From IMG/VR virus record IMGVR_UViG_3300008255_000176, positions 1 to 47,923 of that record: DNA of 47,923 bases; one strand, 5' to 3'. The stretch comes from a virus (taxonomy: Duplodnaviria > Caudoviricetes). Positions 25,969 through 35,782 of this stretch are shown piece after piece. How positions within the stretch are numbered: position 1 is the stretch's first letter; the number at the start of each line of letters is the position of its first letter. A program made the position numbers and the translations under genes. The notes beneath the pieces are model-generated. The model was not told the DNA's origin. It made no database searches and worked only from the letters and a program-made list of their open reading frames with translations.

Positions 25969-27300
25969 ATGGCAACCCTTGACGATATTGTTCTAGTACA
26001 AATCGCGCTCCAGACGACTGGTGTTGCGCGAGGCAACTTCGGAACTCCGATGATTGTCGCCCCGCTGATGACGTTCCCTGAACGTGTGCGGGTCTATACC
26101 AGTTACAACGCAGCAGCTGAAGACGATCTGCCCCCGAAAGTGCTGACCGCACTGTCGGATGCATTCGGTCAGATTCCGCGTCCCCGCCAGATCAAAGTTG
26201 GCCGACGTTCGGTGTTGAAGGGCGTGATCCAAGTCGCAGACTTGATCGCGCTGGGCACCTACTCTTTCACCGTCGGTTCGCAGACGTACAGCTACACGGC
26301 TGACGGTACGCCTACCGCTGCTGAAGTGGTTGCTGGCCTCGCTGCTGCTGTACTCGCAGACACCGACGAGATCATTACTGCGACCGTCGTTGGTGACACG
26401 CTGGAAGTGGCATGGATCGGGACCAACATCGATTCCATCAACTTGCTGACTCACCTGCAATGGGGCACGATCAGTCCGTTGGCTGCTGCTTCCGCAGTTG
26501 CAGACGACCTCAACGCCATTGCAGACGAAGATCAGTCGTGGTATGGCTTGGTGATGGTTGAGCGTGTGAAGCAGACGCAGCTTGACGCAGCGGAATGGAC
26601 GGAAGCAAATAACCGCCTGTTCATTACCGCAACGGACGAAGCGGATGTCCTCAACGCTGGTGTGACAACCGATCTTTTGAGCGTGCTGAAGAACACCCGT
26701 TACTATCGCACGGCAGCTCTGTTCCACACCAATGCGGCAACGGAATATCCGGATGCAGCTTGGGCCGCTCGCGTCTTCACCATCCAGCCTGGCGCTGAGA
26801 CTTGGGCGCTGAAGGGTCTTGCAAGCGTGACCCCGTCCCCGCTGACTGCGACCCAGAAGCAAACTGTGGTCAATAAGGGAGGCAACACGTTCGAGTTCTA
26901 CCAGTCCCAAGTGGCGCTGACAAACCCTGGCAAAGTGTCTGCAGGCGAATGGATTGACGTGATTCGTTTCCGCGACTGGCTCAAGGATACCATCCAGGTC
27001 AATATGACCCAGATGATGATCAACCGCGATAAGGTGCCTTACACCGATTCGGGCATCCAGCTCTGCGTCAATAACCTGCGGAAGTCATTGCAGGAAGGCG
27101 TGAATGTTGGTGGTATTGCACCGGACGAACTGGACGCCAACGGTAACACGGTTCCGGGCTTCGTTATCACTTACCCGCGTTCCGTGGAACTGGCGCCCAG
27201 CATTAAGGCGTCCCGGATCCTTTCGCTGGGCTTTACCGCTCGCCTTGCTGGTGCGATCCACGTTGTGGAAATCACTGGTGCTCTGGCATACGAACTCTAA
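25969..27300 (+). CDS. Tail sheath protein (DUF3383-like)
   Basis: TWALKGL.GV, GEWIDVIRFRDWL, KVPYTDSG, LAGAIH.V.I.G. Confidence 0.92.
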   Translation: MATLDDIVLVQIALQTTGVARGNFGTPMIVAPLMTFPERVRVYTSYNAAAEDDLPPKVLTALSDAFGQIPRPRQIKVGRRSVLKGVIQVADLIALGTYSFTVGSQTYSYTADGTPTAAEVVAGLAAAVLADTDEIITATVVGDTLEVAWIGTNIDSINLLTHLQWGTISPLAAASAVADDLNAIADEDQSWYGLVMVERVKQTQLDAAEWTEANNRLFITATDEADVLNAGVTTDLLSVLKNTRYYRTAALFHTNAATEYPDAAWAARVFTIQPGAETWALKGLASVTPSPLTATQKQTVVNKGGNTFEFYQSQVALTNPGKVSAGEWIDVIRFRDWLKDTIQVNMTQMMINRDKVPYTDSGIQLCVNNLRKSLQEGVNVGGIAPDELDANGNTVPGFVITYPRSVELAPSIKASRILSLGFTARLAGAIHVVEITGALAYEL

Positions 27301-27311
27301 GGAGAAGATGA

Positions 27312-27752
27312 ATGAGTGCTACTTTGACAGGTTCCTACGATCCCGCACAGGTGATCTGCACCGTAGGCGGGGTCATTCTTTCGGGCTTCAGCGATGGTGA
27401 TGCCATTATCGCTCGACGTGCGGAAGATATGTACTTCACCCGCGTCGGTGCAGATGGTGGTGTGGCTCGCGCTCGCAACGCCAACAAGATGGGAGAGTTC
27501 GAGTTCAAGCTCTTGCAGACCAGCCCGGTCAATGACCTGCTGTCTGCACTGCTGTCGGTCGATGACCTTACCAACGACGGACTGATCGTTATCCCGATCG
27601 GTATCCTGGACGGTTCTGGTCGATCGCTCGCTGCTGCGACGCAGTGCTGGATCAAGACCGTTCCGGAAGCCACGTTCGGCAAGGAAGTCTCCGAGCGTGT
27701 GTGGATCTTCAGTGCAGCTGACCTCAAGATCTTCCACGGTGGCGGCAACTAA
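27312..27752 (+). CDS. Tail tube protein (DUF3277-like)
   Basis: SYDP..V...VGG, VGADG, LLQTSP.N..LS; follows sheath. Confidence 0.88.
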   Translation: MSATLTGSYDPAQVICTVGGVILSGFSDGDAIIARRAEDMYFTRVGADGGVARARNANKMGEFEFKLLQTSPVNDLLSALLSVDDLTNDGLIVIPIGILDGSGRSLAAATQCWIKTVPEATFGKEVSERVWIFSAADLKIFHGGGN

Positions 27753-27764
27753 GTTGAGGGAATG

Positions 27765-27790
27765 AAACGGGGCCCACAAGGCCCCGTTTT
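27765..27790 (+). terminator. Rho-independent terminator after tube gene
   Basis: AAACGGGGCC-CACAA-GGCCCCGTTTT. Confidence 0.8.
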
Positions 27791-27828
27791 GTTATACTTG
27801 ACTCATTGACCACACTCGAGGGATTATC

Positions 27829-28275
27829 ATGCAACAAGAAACCTTTATCGTAGGCACGCGGGAATTTACTTGCGTGCGAATGAATGCGTTCGCAGCCAAC
27901 AAGCTGCTCATGCGCCTCCAGAAGATTGCGGTGCCTGTTATGGGCTCGCTGATGGGGGCTGGTAAAGGTCTAGGCGACATTGACGTCAAGGAAGCTGCAC
28001 AGGTTATCGCAGCGAACCTGGACGAGTCCATCATGGACAATATCGTGCTTCCCTTGTTTGCTGAGTCCCGCGTGTATTGCACCGAGACGAAGAAGTTCGT
28101 TAAGAGCGGCACCGATATCGACCAGTGCTTCACGACCGAAAACCTGTTCGACCTGTACGAGTTGATCTTTGAAGTCGCGAGGTATCAGTTCGGCCCTTTT
28201 TTCGCGTCACTGGTCGAACGCTTTGGCGCTCTGACCGACGGGAAAAAGACCACGGCACCGTCCCAGGCCAGCTAG
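27829..28275 (+). CDS. Tail assembly chaperone
   Basis: Between tube and tape measure; GGGAAAAAG slippery run near the 3' end. Confidence 0.8.
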   Translation: MQQETFIVGTREFTCVRMNAFAANKLLMRLQKIAVPVMGSLMGAGKGLGDIDVKEAAQVIAANLDESIMDNIVLPLFAESRVYCTETKKFVKSGTDIDQCFTTENLFDLYELIFEVARYQFGPFFASLVERFGALTDGKKTTAPSQAS

Positions 28276-28454
28276 ACGAAGAGCTGGCCGCAGACTTATG
28301 GATATGGCGCCCGATCCTTGCAGGAAAGGTGACGCTGAGGGAAGTGAAAGATGGTGTGGCTACGGTGGAGGACTTGCAAGCGTTAAACGCGCTCTTGGAT
28401 ATGCAGTCCGACATCGAAGCTGCCCAATACGAAGCAGCAAAGGCACAGAGGTGA
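28245..28454 (+). CDS. -1 frame extension of the tail assembly chaperone (gpGT-like)
   Basis: Open -1 frame KDHGTVPGQLDEELAADLWIWRPILAGKVTLREVKDGVATVEDLQALNALLDMQ... with no convincing own start. Confidence 0.7.
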   Translation, partial: KDHGTVPGQLDEELAADLWIWRPILAGKVTLREVKDGVATVEDLQALNALLDMQSDIEAAQYEAAKAQR

Positions 28455-28458
28455 CGAA

Positions 28459-30138
28459 TTGATTGTCCGCGAACTGATTACCAGACTAGGCTTCTCGCTC
28501 AACCAGTCTCAGCTGAACAATGCCGAGAAGGGTGTTGAGCGGGTAAAGGACAGTGCCGAGCGTGCTGCCGCTGCTTTCCGGAACATCGCCACCGCTGTGG
28601 CCAGCTTCGCAACGGTCAAAGCCATTATCAACATAGGCGACGAGATGCAGAACATCCGCACTCGTATCGGTCAGCTTCCGCAGACAGTTGGTGACGCTGG
28701 TGATGCATTCGACGAAGTTGCTGCTCGCGCAAGTGCATCGGGTGTGAAGATTGACGCTTATGCTTCGCTCTACACCAAAGTCGGCAACGCTGCCAAAGAC
28801 TACATCAAGACCCAAGAAGACCTCCTGGGCATCACGGACACCATCTCGCAAGCCCTTGTCGTAGGCGGTGCAAGCGCACAAGAAGCGTCCGCAGTAATGA
28901 CGCAGTTCTCGCAAGCTCTAGCCTCGGGTGTGCTGCAAGGCGATGAGTTCCGCTCAATGGCGGAAGCTGCGCCACAGTATCTTGACAAGCTGGCGGAGAC
29001 GATGAAGATCCCTCGCGAGCAGCTCAAGAAGATGGCGTCCGATGGCAAGCTCACCGCAAAAGAGGTGATTGAAGCCACTCGCAAGATGTCAAGCTACTTC
29101 GGCGACAAGTTCAAAGAGATGCCCATGACTGTGGGCCGCGCAATGACGGTCGTCGGGAACCGCTTTGCCCGCATGATCGACAAGATGAATCGGGATTCCA
29201 ACTTTGTGACCACAATCGCAAACGGCATCCTGACCGCATTCGACAAGATTGAAGCCGGCGTCTATAAGCTGGTGGAAGCGTTCGGCGGATGGAGCAATAT
29301 GCTTCGCTTCGTGGGCATCGCGATCGGTGTTGCATTCGGTGCAAAGGCGATCAGCATCCTTATGGCGTTCCGCACCGTGGCCTGGACTGCTGCACTGCCG
29401 TTCCTTAAGATCGCCGCGATCATTACCGCTGTCACCTTGCTGCTGGAAGACCTGTACGTCTGGATTCAGGGCGGGGATTCCCTTATCGGGCAGATGATTG
29501 GGCCTTGGGAAGAATGGCGGGATGTGGTCATGGGCTCCGTTGAAGCAGTGATGGCGGTGTTTCGCTGGTTCGGTGAGCTTATCGCTGCTGTCGCTGCCAC
29601 GCTGGTTGGCGCTTTCACTCTGGACTGGAACTTGTTTGCAGAAGGCCTCAAGGGAATCGGGGCGCTGCTGTGGCAGGTTGTCGGGCAATGGGGAATCTGG
29701 ATCTACGATGCGTTCGTTGCTGCATTCACTGCGGTGACTTCGTTTGTTGCACAGGTCTTCACGATGTTTGCAAAGATGATTTACGATGCAATCTTTGCAC
29801 CAATTGTCAATGCTGTGACAGACGCATGGAACGCCGTTAAAGGCGCAGTGAGCAGCGCATGGGAAGGCGCCAAGAACTTTGTAGGGGCAGGGTCGGGCAC
29901 AGCGGGCGGCACAGCCGCTGGCGCAACCCCTGCCAGTACCGTTACACCGGCGCAGATGGCGCCAGCGGCTATGGGGGCAGGACGCCCGAACATCAACAAC
30001 AGCACGCAAGTGAATGTCACTGTGCCCCCTGGAACAACTGCGGAGCAATCCAAGTTCCTCCAGAACGCAGCACAGCAATCGTTCAGCAAAGCCAATGACG
30101 ACAAGCTGGCGCGTGACCTCGCAGTCTATGCGCCCTAA
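28459..30138 (+). CDS. Tape measure protein
   Basis: TTG start, IVRELITRLGF, QFSQALASGVLQGDEFRSM tape-measure motif, Trp-spaced helical repeats. Confidence 0.9.
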   Translation: MIVRELITRLGFSLNQSQLNNAEKGVERVKDSAERAAAAFRNIATAVASFATVKAIINIGDEMQNIRTRIGQLPQTVGDAGDAFDEVAARASASGVKIDAYASLYTKVGNAAKDYIKTQEDLLGITDTISQALVVGGASAQEASAVMTQFSQALASGVLQGDEFRSMAEAAPQYLDKLAETMKIPREQLKKMASDGKLTAKEVIEATRKMSSYFGDKFKEMPMTVGRAMTVVGNRFARMIDKMNRDSNFVTTIANGILTAFDKIEAGVYKLVEAFGGWSNMLRFVGIAIGVAFGAKAISILMAFRTVAWTAALPFLKIAAIITAVTLLLEDLYVWIQGGDSLIGQMIGPWEEWRDVVMGSVEAVMAVFRWFGELIAAVAATLVGAFTLDWNLFAEGLKGIGALLWQVVGQWGIWIYDAFVAAFTAVTSFVAQVFTMFAKMIYDAIFAPIVNAVTDAWNAVKGAVSSAWEGAKNFVGAGSGTAGGTAAGATPASTVTPAQMAPAAMGAGRPNINNSTQVNVTVPPGTTAEQSKFLQNAAQQSFSKANDDKLARDLAVYAP

Positions 30139-30147
30139 GGACAGCAC

Positions 30148-30732
30148 ATGATCGGACTATACTTCGGCGGACAATGGTTCCAAACTGCATTCGGTAATCA
30201 GTACGGCAATATCGAGCTGGATGCTGCCCTAGACGAGAACCATGAATGGTCTGCAGAAGCAACCAGCAACCCCGTCGAGGTGGGCGCACCTGTCACCGAC
30301 CACGTTATCGACCAGTCCGACAAGCTGAAGATTAAAGGGTTCGTGACTGACACCCCGCTGACCGCGAGCCAGTCACTCACGCAGATCAGTCGCAGCCAAG
30401 ACGTCTTCGACCTGCTGTACGAATTGATCAAGCTCAAAGAACCAATGACGGTCTATACGAAGCACAAGATCTATGACGAGATGGTGCTTACGAATGTGAC
30501 TATTCCGCGGACGGCTGGTGTGGGCGAAGCGATTGAGTTCAGCGCCGAGTTTATCAACATCCGCAAGGTGGCGACGCAGATGGTGGATGTACCTGACGGG
30601 ATCAACCCCAAGAAGGACAAGAAGGCGGACGCTGCTACGGGTAAGAAGACTGAGCCCCAGAAGGATGGCGGGAAGAAGCAACCTGAGACCGTCACCAAGC
30701 CGTCCAGCACATTGTCGAGGGTGTTGAAATAA
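30148..30732 (+). CDS. Baseplate/tail tube initiator protein
   Basis: E.H......T.NPVE.GA.VTDH pattern; follows TMP. Confidence 0.75.
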   Translation: MIGLYFGGQWFQTAFGNQYGNIELDAALDENHEWSAEATSNPVEVGAPVTDHVIDQSDKLKIKGFVTDTPLTASQSLTQISRSQDVFDLLYELIKLKEPMTVYTKHKIYDEMVLTNVTIPRTAGVGEAIEFSAEFINIRKVATQMVDVPDGINPKKDKKADAATGKKTEPQKDGGKKQPETVTKPSSTLSRVLK

Positions 30733-31166
30733 TGTCACTCATTCAAAAGATCCCGCTGCAACCCGAAACGACCGACCAGCTTGTCAGCGTAGAGCTTGAC
30801 GGCAACCCTTACATCCTGCGCGTGCTGTGGAATGAGCGTTTCGGTTACTTCTCACTCTCGGTGCTCACTGATGACGAGCAACCCATCCTGACGAATATCA
30901 AGATGGTAAAAAACTATTCGCTGATCGGACGCTTCAAGGATACCCGCCTGCCTTTCGGCGACCTATACTTCGTGCAGGAAAAGGGAATTGCGGCACGTCC
31001 AGGATATAACGACCTCGCCGTGAATTGTGGGCTGTACTATTACGAAGCGGATGCTGTGGTTACTGCACAACCTGTGCGCCAGGTAGTTTCAGAGCCCCTC
31101 ATTGGAACCGTCTGGGATAGTCTTTTCACTTCGTGGGACAATGGTTCAACGCTTTGGGATCAATAA
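30732..31166 (+). CDS. Baseplate protein
   Basis: V.LDG..Y.LR..WNER pattern; position. Confidence 0.7.
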   Translation: MSLIQKIPLQPETTDQLVSVELDGNPYILRVLWNERFGYFSLSVLTDDEQPILTNIKMVKNYSLIGRFKDTRLPFGDLYFVQEKGIAARPGYNDLAVNCGLYYYEADAVVTAQPVRQVVSEPLIGTVWDSLFTSWDNGSTLWDQ

Positions 31167-31169
31167 ATC

Positions 31170-32093
31170 ATGCTCTTTAACCGTGAATGCTCGCTGGTGA
31201 TTGGTAAGGAAGGCGGCAAGGGTCGTGAGCTGACTGGTCTCCGCATTGCGTTCTCCATCCAGAAGGGTGCAACAAAGTCCCCGAATAAATGCACCGTGAA
31301 GGTGTGGAACATGTCTCCTGAAACACGAGCCATGATTGAGGTCATTGGCAACGTGATGATCCTGAAGGCGGGTTACACGGAGGATGTCGGTGCAAAGACC
31401 ATCTTCAGCGGCAACGTAACACGGACGCTCACTGTACGTGAGGGCCCGGATTGGATCACTGAGCTGGAGATGGAAGACGGGTTCATGGAGTTCCGTGACG
31501 CCAAAGTGTCGCTGTCGTTTGCCAAAGGGGCAACTACACAGCAGGTCGTCACCGCCATCAGCAAGAAGTTCGGCCTCCCTGTGCGCCCCATGCCCGCCGA
31601 CATTGCTCGCAAGCAATACCCCGCTGGTTTTGCATTCGTTGGGCGCGTGCGCGATGCGATGGACAAAGCGTGCGATCACAGTAGCTTGGAATGGTCTATT
31701 CAGAACCGCGAAATCCAAATTATTAAGAAGGGCGGGGTCTTTAAGAAGAAGGCATATCTGCTGTCCGCTGATACTGGTCTGCTTGGATCACCTATGCAAG
31801 AGTCCAAGACTATGACGGAGAAAGCTGCTGCCAAGGAGGGTATCACTGCGGATCAGCCCGGTGTGCGTAAGACTACTGAGAGAGACAAGGACGGAGAGGT
31901 GCAACAGATGCTCCGCGTGCTCGGGTACAAGGTCAAGTCCTTATTGCAACCGCTTGTCGAGCCGGGCGGTTATGTGCAAGTGAAATCGAAAGGCGTGGAT
32001 GGAGAGTTCTTCCGCGTTGAGGAACTGACGCACACAGGTGACACGCACGGCAACGAGTGGCACACCGAACTCACTTTGAGGTATGTGAAATAA
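31170..32093 (+). CDS. Baseplate hub protein
   Basis: ILKAGY, IFSG, WSIQN, LS.DTGL.GSP, H.GDTHG.EW. Confidence 0.8.
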   Translation: MLFNRECSLVIGKEGGKGRELTGLRIAFSIQKGATKSPNKCTVKVWNMSPETRAMIEVIGNVMILKAGYTEDVGAKTIFSGNVTRTLTVREGPDWITELEMEDGFMEFRDAKVSLSFAKGATTQQVVTAISKKFGLPVRPMPADIARKQYPAGFAFVGRVRDAMDKACDHSSLEWSIQNREIQIIKKGGVFKKKAYLLSADTGLLGSPMQESKTMTEKAAAKEGITADQPGVRKTTERDKDGEVQQMLRVLGYKVKSLLQPLVEPGGYVQVKSKGVDGEFFRVEELTHTGDTHGNEWHTELTLRYVK

Positions 32094-32788
32094 TGGCTGA
32101 GACATCAAACAACCCTGTAGAGGCTCTGCTAGGCCTTGTTAAGTCCCAACTCCTGGACGTGAATACTGCGCTCCCGGGCGTCATCGTTTCTTACGAGAAC
32201 GGGCTTGCTCGTGTGGTTCCAACGGGTAAGAAACGCTTCGCTGACGGTGACGTGCTCGACTATCCAATTATTCCGAATGTGCGTGTGTGCTGGCCTTCGT
32301 TCGCTGGTGGCACAGCAGGGGTCAAGGGTCCTGTGAAGCCCGGCGACAAGTGTCTGCTCGTGTTCTCGCAGCAGGCTATTGACGGCAGCGATGATCGTCG
32401 TATGTTTGACCTTCAAGACGCCTATGCGGTCATGTGTGACCTTGGCAATGCTGGCTCGGGCGATAGCGGAAACAACGAGGACATGACCATGTTCTTCGGA
32501 CCAGCTTACATTCGCCTTACAGCAGCGGGCGCACTGAACATCAATGCTCCTGGTGGCACAACGATTAACACGCCAAGCACGCACAACACAGGCACGCTGA
32601 CGACTGACGGTCTGCTGACCTACCAAGACGGCATGACAGGTATTGGCGGCGCGAACGGAACAACGATGCAAGGCGACTTCAACCATACTGCGGGCACCAT
32701 CACCAGCCTCGGCAAGAAGATTGACGGCACACACACTCACGGCGGTGTGCAGCCCGGCGGCGGAAATACTGCGGTTCCCAATGCTTGA
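32093..32788 (+). CDS. Baseplate spike (Gp138-like)
   Basis: PVKPGD.CLLVFSQ, R.FDL.DA, C-terminal HTHGGV metal-binding tip; TAATG overlap. Confidence 0.85.
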   Translation: MAETSNNPVEALLGLVKSQLLDVNTALPGVIVSYENGLARVVPTGKKRFADGDVLDYPIIPNVRVCWPSFAGGTAGVKGPVKPGDKCLLVFSQQAIDGSDDRRMFDLQDAYAVMCDLGNAGSGDSGNNEDMTMFFGPAYIRLTAAGALNINAPGGTTINTPSTHNTGTLTTDGLLTYQDGMTGIGGANGTTMQGDFNHTAGTITSLGKKIDGTHTHGGVQPGGGNTAVPNA

Positions 32789-32798
32789 CGTCCGTAGC

Positions 32799-32828
32799 TT
32801 GATGGACTTGACATTTGAATGGTATCAT
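32799..32828 (+). promoter_or_regulatory. Promoter TTGATG-18-(TGg)TATCAT, 7 nt upstream of ATG 32836
   Basis: Extended -10; no SD before the ATG. Confidence 0.5.
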
Positions 32829-32835
32829 CCTCGAC

Positions 32836-33183
32836 ATGCTTGATATTGCGCTTACCACATCCCACGATCTTGACACCAGCACACTCGATCTGAAGCTGGT
32901 GGATAAGGCTGAACAGGTGCGCCAGCGGCTACTCATCAAGCTCAAGCTGTGGCGCGGTGAATGGTTCCTGGACACAGAGTTCGGAACACCGTACCTCCAG
33001 CAGATCCTAGGCAAGCAATTGACGCTCTCTGGAGCTCTTGCTGCACTGCGGAAAAGCATTCTGGAGGTGGAAGGTGTGCGCCAGATCATTTCATTCGAGT
33101 ACAGCTTCAGCAATTCAACGCGGAAGCTGTCGGTGAATTTCACGGCGGATACGCCTTATGGAATTGTTGAGGTAACTGCATGA
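32836..33183 (+). CDS. Baseplate wedge / gp25-like protein
   Basis: QRL..KL.LWRGEWFLDTEFGTPY..ILGK, ILEVEGV. Confidence 0.8.
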   Translation: MLDIALTTSHDLDTSTLDLKLVDKAEQVRQRLLIKLKLWRGEWFLDTEFGTPYLQQILGKQLTLSGALAALRKSILEVEGVRQIISFEYSFSNSTRKLSVNFTADTPYGIVEVTA

Positions 33184-34607
33184 GCTTGACACAAGAAGGA
33201 TTCGAGCGTCCTCGTCTTAACGAGATCAAGGCTGATTACGACCAGCGATTCACTGATGCCCTGGGGCCGGTGAATACGAACGCAGATGCTGTGGTCGGCC
33301 AGATTATCGGTATCTTCTCCGCGGCACTTGACGACGCCTACGAAGCTCTACAGAACACTTATGACAGCATGTATCCGTTCAGTGCCGAAGGTACTTCGCT
33401 AGATGGGGCGGTATCCTTTATCGGGTTGGAAAGACTTGCTGCTACGCCTACAACTGTGGTCGCGATGTGCTACGGTGAGGAGGGTACATTACTGCCCGCG
33501 GGAGTCATTGCAAGATCTTTGTCTGACCAGCAATACGTGACAACTTCGGACACAATAATCAGTCGCTCCAGTTCAGGAGACGTACTAATCGAACCGAACC
33601 TTGTGAGCAGCAGCGCAAACTATCAAGTGATCGCGAACGGTGTCAGTGTAGTATATACGTCAGACTCTAGCGCCACTGCCGACGAAATTGCTGCGGGGCT
33701 TGCTGCACTATTCAACCCTGTGAATTTCTTGGCAACAGCTACAGGCGGCGTCCTTCGCTTGCGTTCTACCGATCAGTATAGTGACTTCACCTTGACAGTT
33801 GATAGTAAATTGACCGTCACAAAACTAGGAACTCCAGTTGTCTTCACCGCGTTAAACCTTGGCTCTTATGCGCTTCCTATTGCAGCGCTTACCCGCATTG
33901 ATAGTTCTATTCTCGGATGGGATGAAGTTAATAACCTCGTGGCGGGTTCAACAGGCCGATTCGCTGAATCCGATGAAGAACTTCGTAAGCGCCACGCAGA
34001 TAGTGTTCGGGTGACCGGGGCTGCTACTGCGCAAGCTATTCGATCTCGGGTACTAGCAGAAGTTGATTCGGTTACATACTGCTCTATCTATGAGAATAGA
34101 ACAAACGCGATTGATGTCTTTAATCTACCCCCTCATTCTTTTGAGGCTGTGGTTGAAGGTGGCTCAGATCAAGAAGTTGCGAACAAATTGTTCGAGGTAA
34201 AGCCCGCCGGAATTGAAACTTATGGCAACACAAGCATTCAAGTATTAGATGAGAACGCAGATGTTCAATTGTGCAGGTTTTCAAGACCTTCTGATAAATT
34301 TGCATGGGCACGCATCACAATAAATTTATTAGATCTTGAAGAAGCATTGGATCCGGAATATGTAACTTCTGTCACTGATGCAGTAGTCTTGTATGGAAAT
34401 TCTATAGGTATTGGAAAAGATATAATCACACAGCGTTTCTTCGGGCCAATATATGAAGCTACTCCGGGACTTGGAGGGATAACTGTAGAGGTTGCTGTGA
34501 CTGATACACCCATCGAAATTCCCTCATATACAACTAACAATATCGTGATTCAACGCGCCGAATTAGCGAGATTTGATTCGCTTCGAACAATAGTAATCGG
34601 GGTGTGA
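33180..34607 (+). CDS. Baseplate J-like protein
   Basis: SAEGTSLD, G...ESDEELR.R, LPPHSF..VVEGG, KPAGI.TYG. Confidence 0.88.
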   Translation: MSLTQEGFERPRLNEIKADYDQRFTDALGPVNTNADAVVGQIIGIFSAALDDAYEALQNTYDSMYPFSAEGTSLDGAVSFIGLERLAATPTTVVAMCYGEEGTLLPAGVIARSLSDQQYVTTSDTIISRSSSGDVLIEPNLVSSSANYQVIANGVSVVYTSDSSATADEIAAGLAALFNPVNFLATATGGVLRLRSTDQYSDFTLTVDSKLTVTKLGTPVVFTALNLGSYALPIAALTRIDSSILGWDEVNNLVAGSTGRFAESDEELRKRHADSVRVTGAATAQAIRSRVLAEVDSVTYCSIYENRTNAIDVFNLPPHSFEAVVEGGSDQEVANKLFEVKPAGIETYGNTSIQVLDENADVQLCRFSRPSDKFAWARITINLLDLEEALDPEYVTSVTDAVVLYGNSIGIGKDIITQRFFGPIYEATPGLGGITVEVAVTDTPIEIPSYTTNNIVIQRAELARFDSLRTIVIGV

Positions 34608-34608
34608 T

Positions 34609-35337
34609 ATGTTGGATTATTCCGCACTGTCTATTTCGCGTCTAACCGGGCAATTTCAAGAGTCACAAAAACTCAAAGGCCTTATATCTGCAATAGTGGG
34701 CCCTTTAACCACATTGGAAAATGATGCAGATTCCATTATTGCCGATCGGTGGATCTCTAGCGCGGTTGGTAGTCAGCTTGACGGATGTGGTTATATAGTC
34801 GGCGAGCCTCGGCTAGGGAGAGATGACGATGCTTATCGTGTAGCGATCAAATTTAGAGTGTTTGTCAATATCTCTAAGGGGACGCCAACTGATCTGATAA
34901 GAGGTTTGAAGTTCTTGACTGAACCGACCGATTGCCAATACCTGGAGGCATACCCCGCCACTGCTTTACTCTTCACCAATGGATTCTTCGTAGATTATAG
35001 GATTCAGGCAGCAATGCAGGATCTGGCCCCTGCGGGAATCAGCGACGTACCTGTGGCAGTATCCTTTCGAGACAAGCCCTTTAGATTCTCGAAAGAGGCA
35101 ATTCCGGGCGAATTGTTTGTTAATGGAAATTCTGATTATCTAACTGCTAACGGTAGCGATATCCAAGTTAGCCAAGGAGCGTTAGCAATAGGAGCTTCCA
35201 CATTCGGTGGGATTGTACCTGCGGAACTTGATGTCGGAATTGGATACCTAGATGTTGGAGGGCCCACGTTGGCTGTGTATAATCCAAACAGTCTGAATAC
35301 GATAGGCCACTATAACCTCACAGGGGTGTTTCAATGA
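34609..35337 (+). CDS. Baseplate wedge protein (DUF2612-like)
   Basis: A.GSQLD..G.IVG..R...DDD.YR pattern after baseplate J. Confidence 0.75.
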   Translation: MLDYSALSISRLTGQFQESQKLKGLISAIVGPLTTLENDADSIIADRWISSAVGSQLDGCGYIVGEPRLGRDDDAYRVAIKFRVFVNISKGTPTDLIRGLKFLTEPTDCQYLEAYPATALLFTNGFFVDYRIQAAMQDLAPAGISDVPVAVSFRDKPFRFSKEAIPGELFVNGNSDYLTANGSDIQVSQGALAIGASTFGGIVPAELDVGIGYLDVGGPTLAVYNPNSLNTIGHYNLTGVFQ

Positions 35338-35780
35338 TACAATTCGCTGAACAATATGTCAGTTACCCAGACGGCCAACAAAATGTAGGGCAACCGTCTG
35401 ATGCTGTGATGTCAGCTGGCTTTATTCCTGAGACTGCTGGAGCACGAGGCCAACCTCTTCCCGCGCAGTGGCTTAACTGGCTATTCCAAAAGGTGTTTCG
35501 CCTTATCAACCGCGACCGAGTGAGCGACTCTGCTGGCGTAGGTCTCTTCACTGTCCCGAACAGCTTTATTCGCCTTGAAGCCTTTGATCGTAGCGATCCT
35601 AATAAGTACCTTGTCGCTATCGGGTACAAGGGAGCCGCGGACGTCGTGCATACGCTGAAAGTGATCAACAATGCGACCCTTACCCTTGGCGCAGCAACCG
35701 TGGGCGGGGATCAAGCGATTACGGGCGGCTCAGTCAATGTGGTTATTTCAGCAACATCGCGTCAATTTGGAGAACTATAA
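35334..35780 (+). CDS. Tail fibre attachment/proximal protein
   Basis: GF.P......P.AQWLNWLF motif typical of fibre N-termini. Confidence 0.65.
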   Translation: MIQFAEQYVSYPDGQQNVGQPSDAVMSAGFIPETAGARGQPLPAQWLNWLFQKVFRLINRDRVSDSAGVGLFTVPNSFIRLEAFDRSDPNKYLVAIGYKGAADVVHTLKVINNATLTLGAATVGGDQAITGGSVNVVISATSRQFGEL

Positions 35781-35782
35781 AT

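Noticed and set aside
20147-33143. Long minus-strand ORFs opposite structural genes (e.g. 22089..23102, 25993..26910, 29089..30147)
   Set aside because: Antisense shadows of well-supported virion genes
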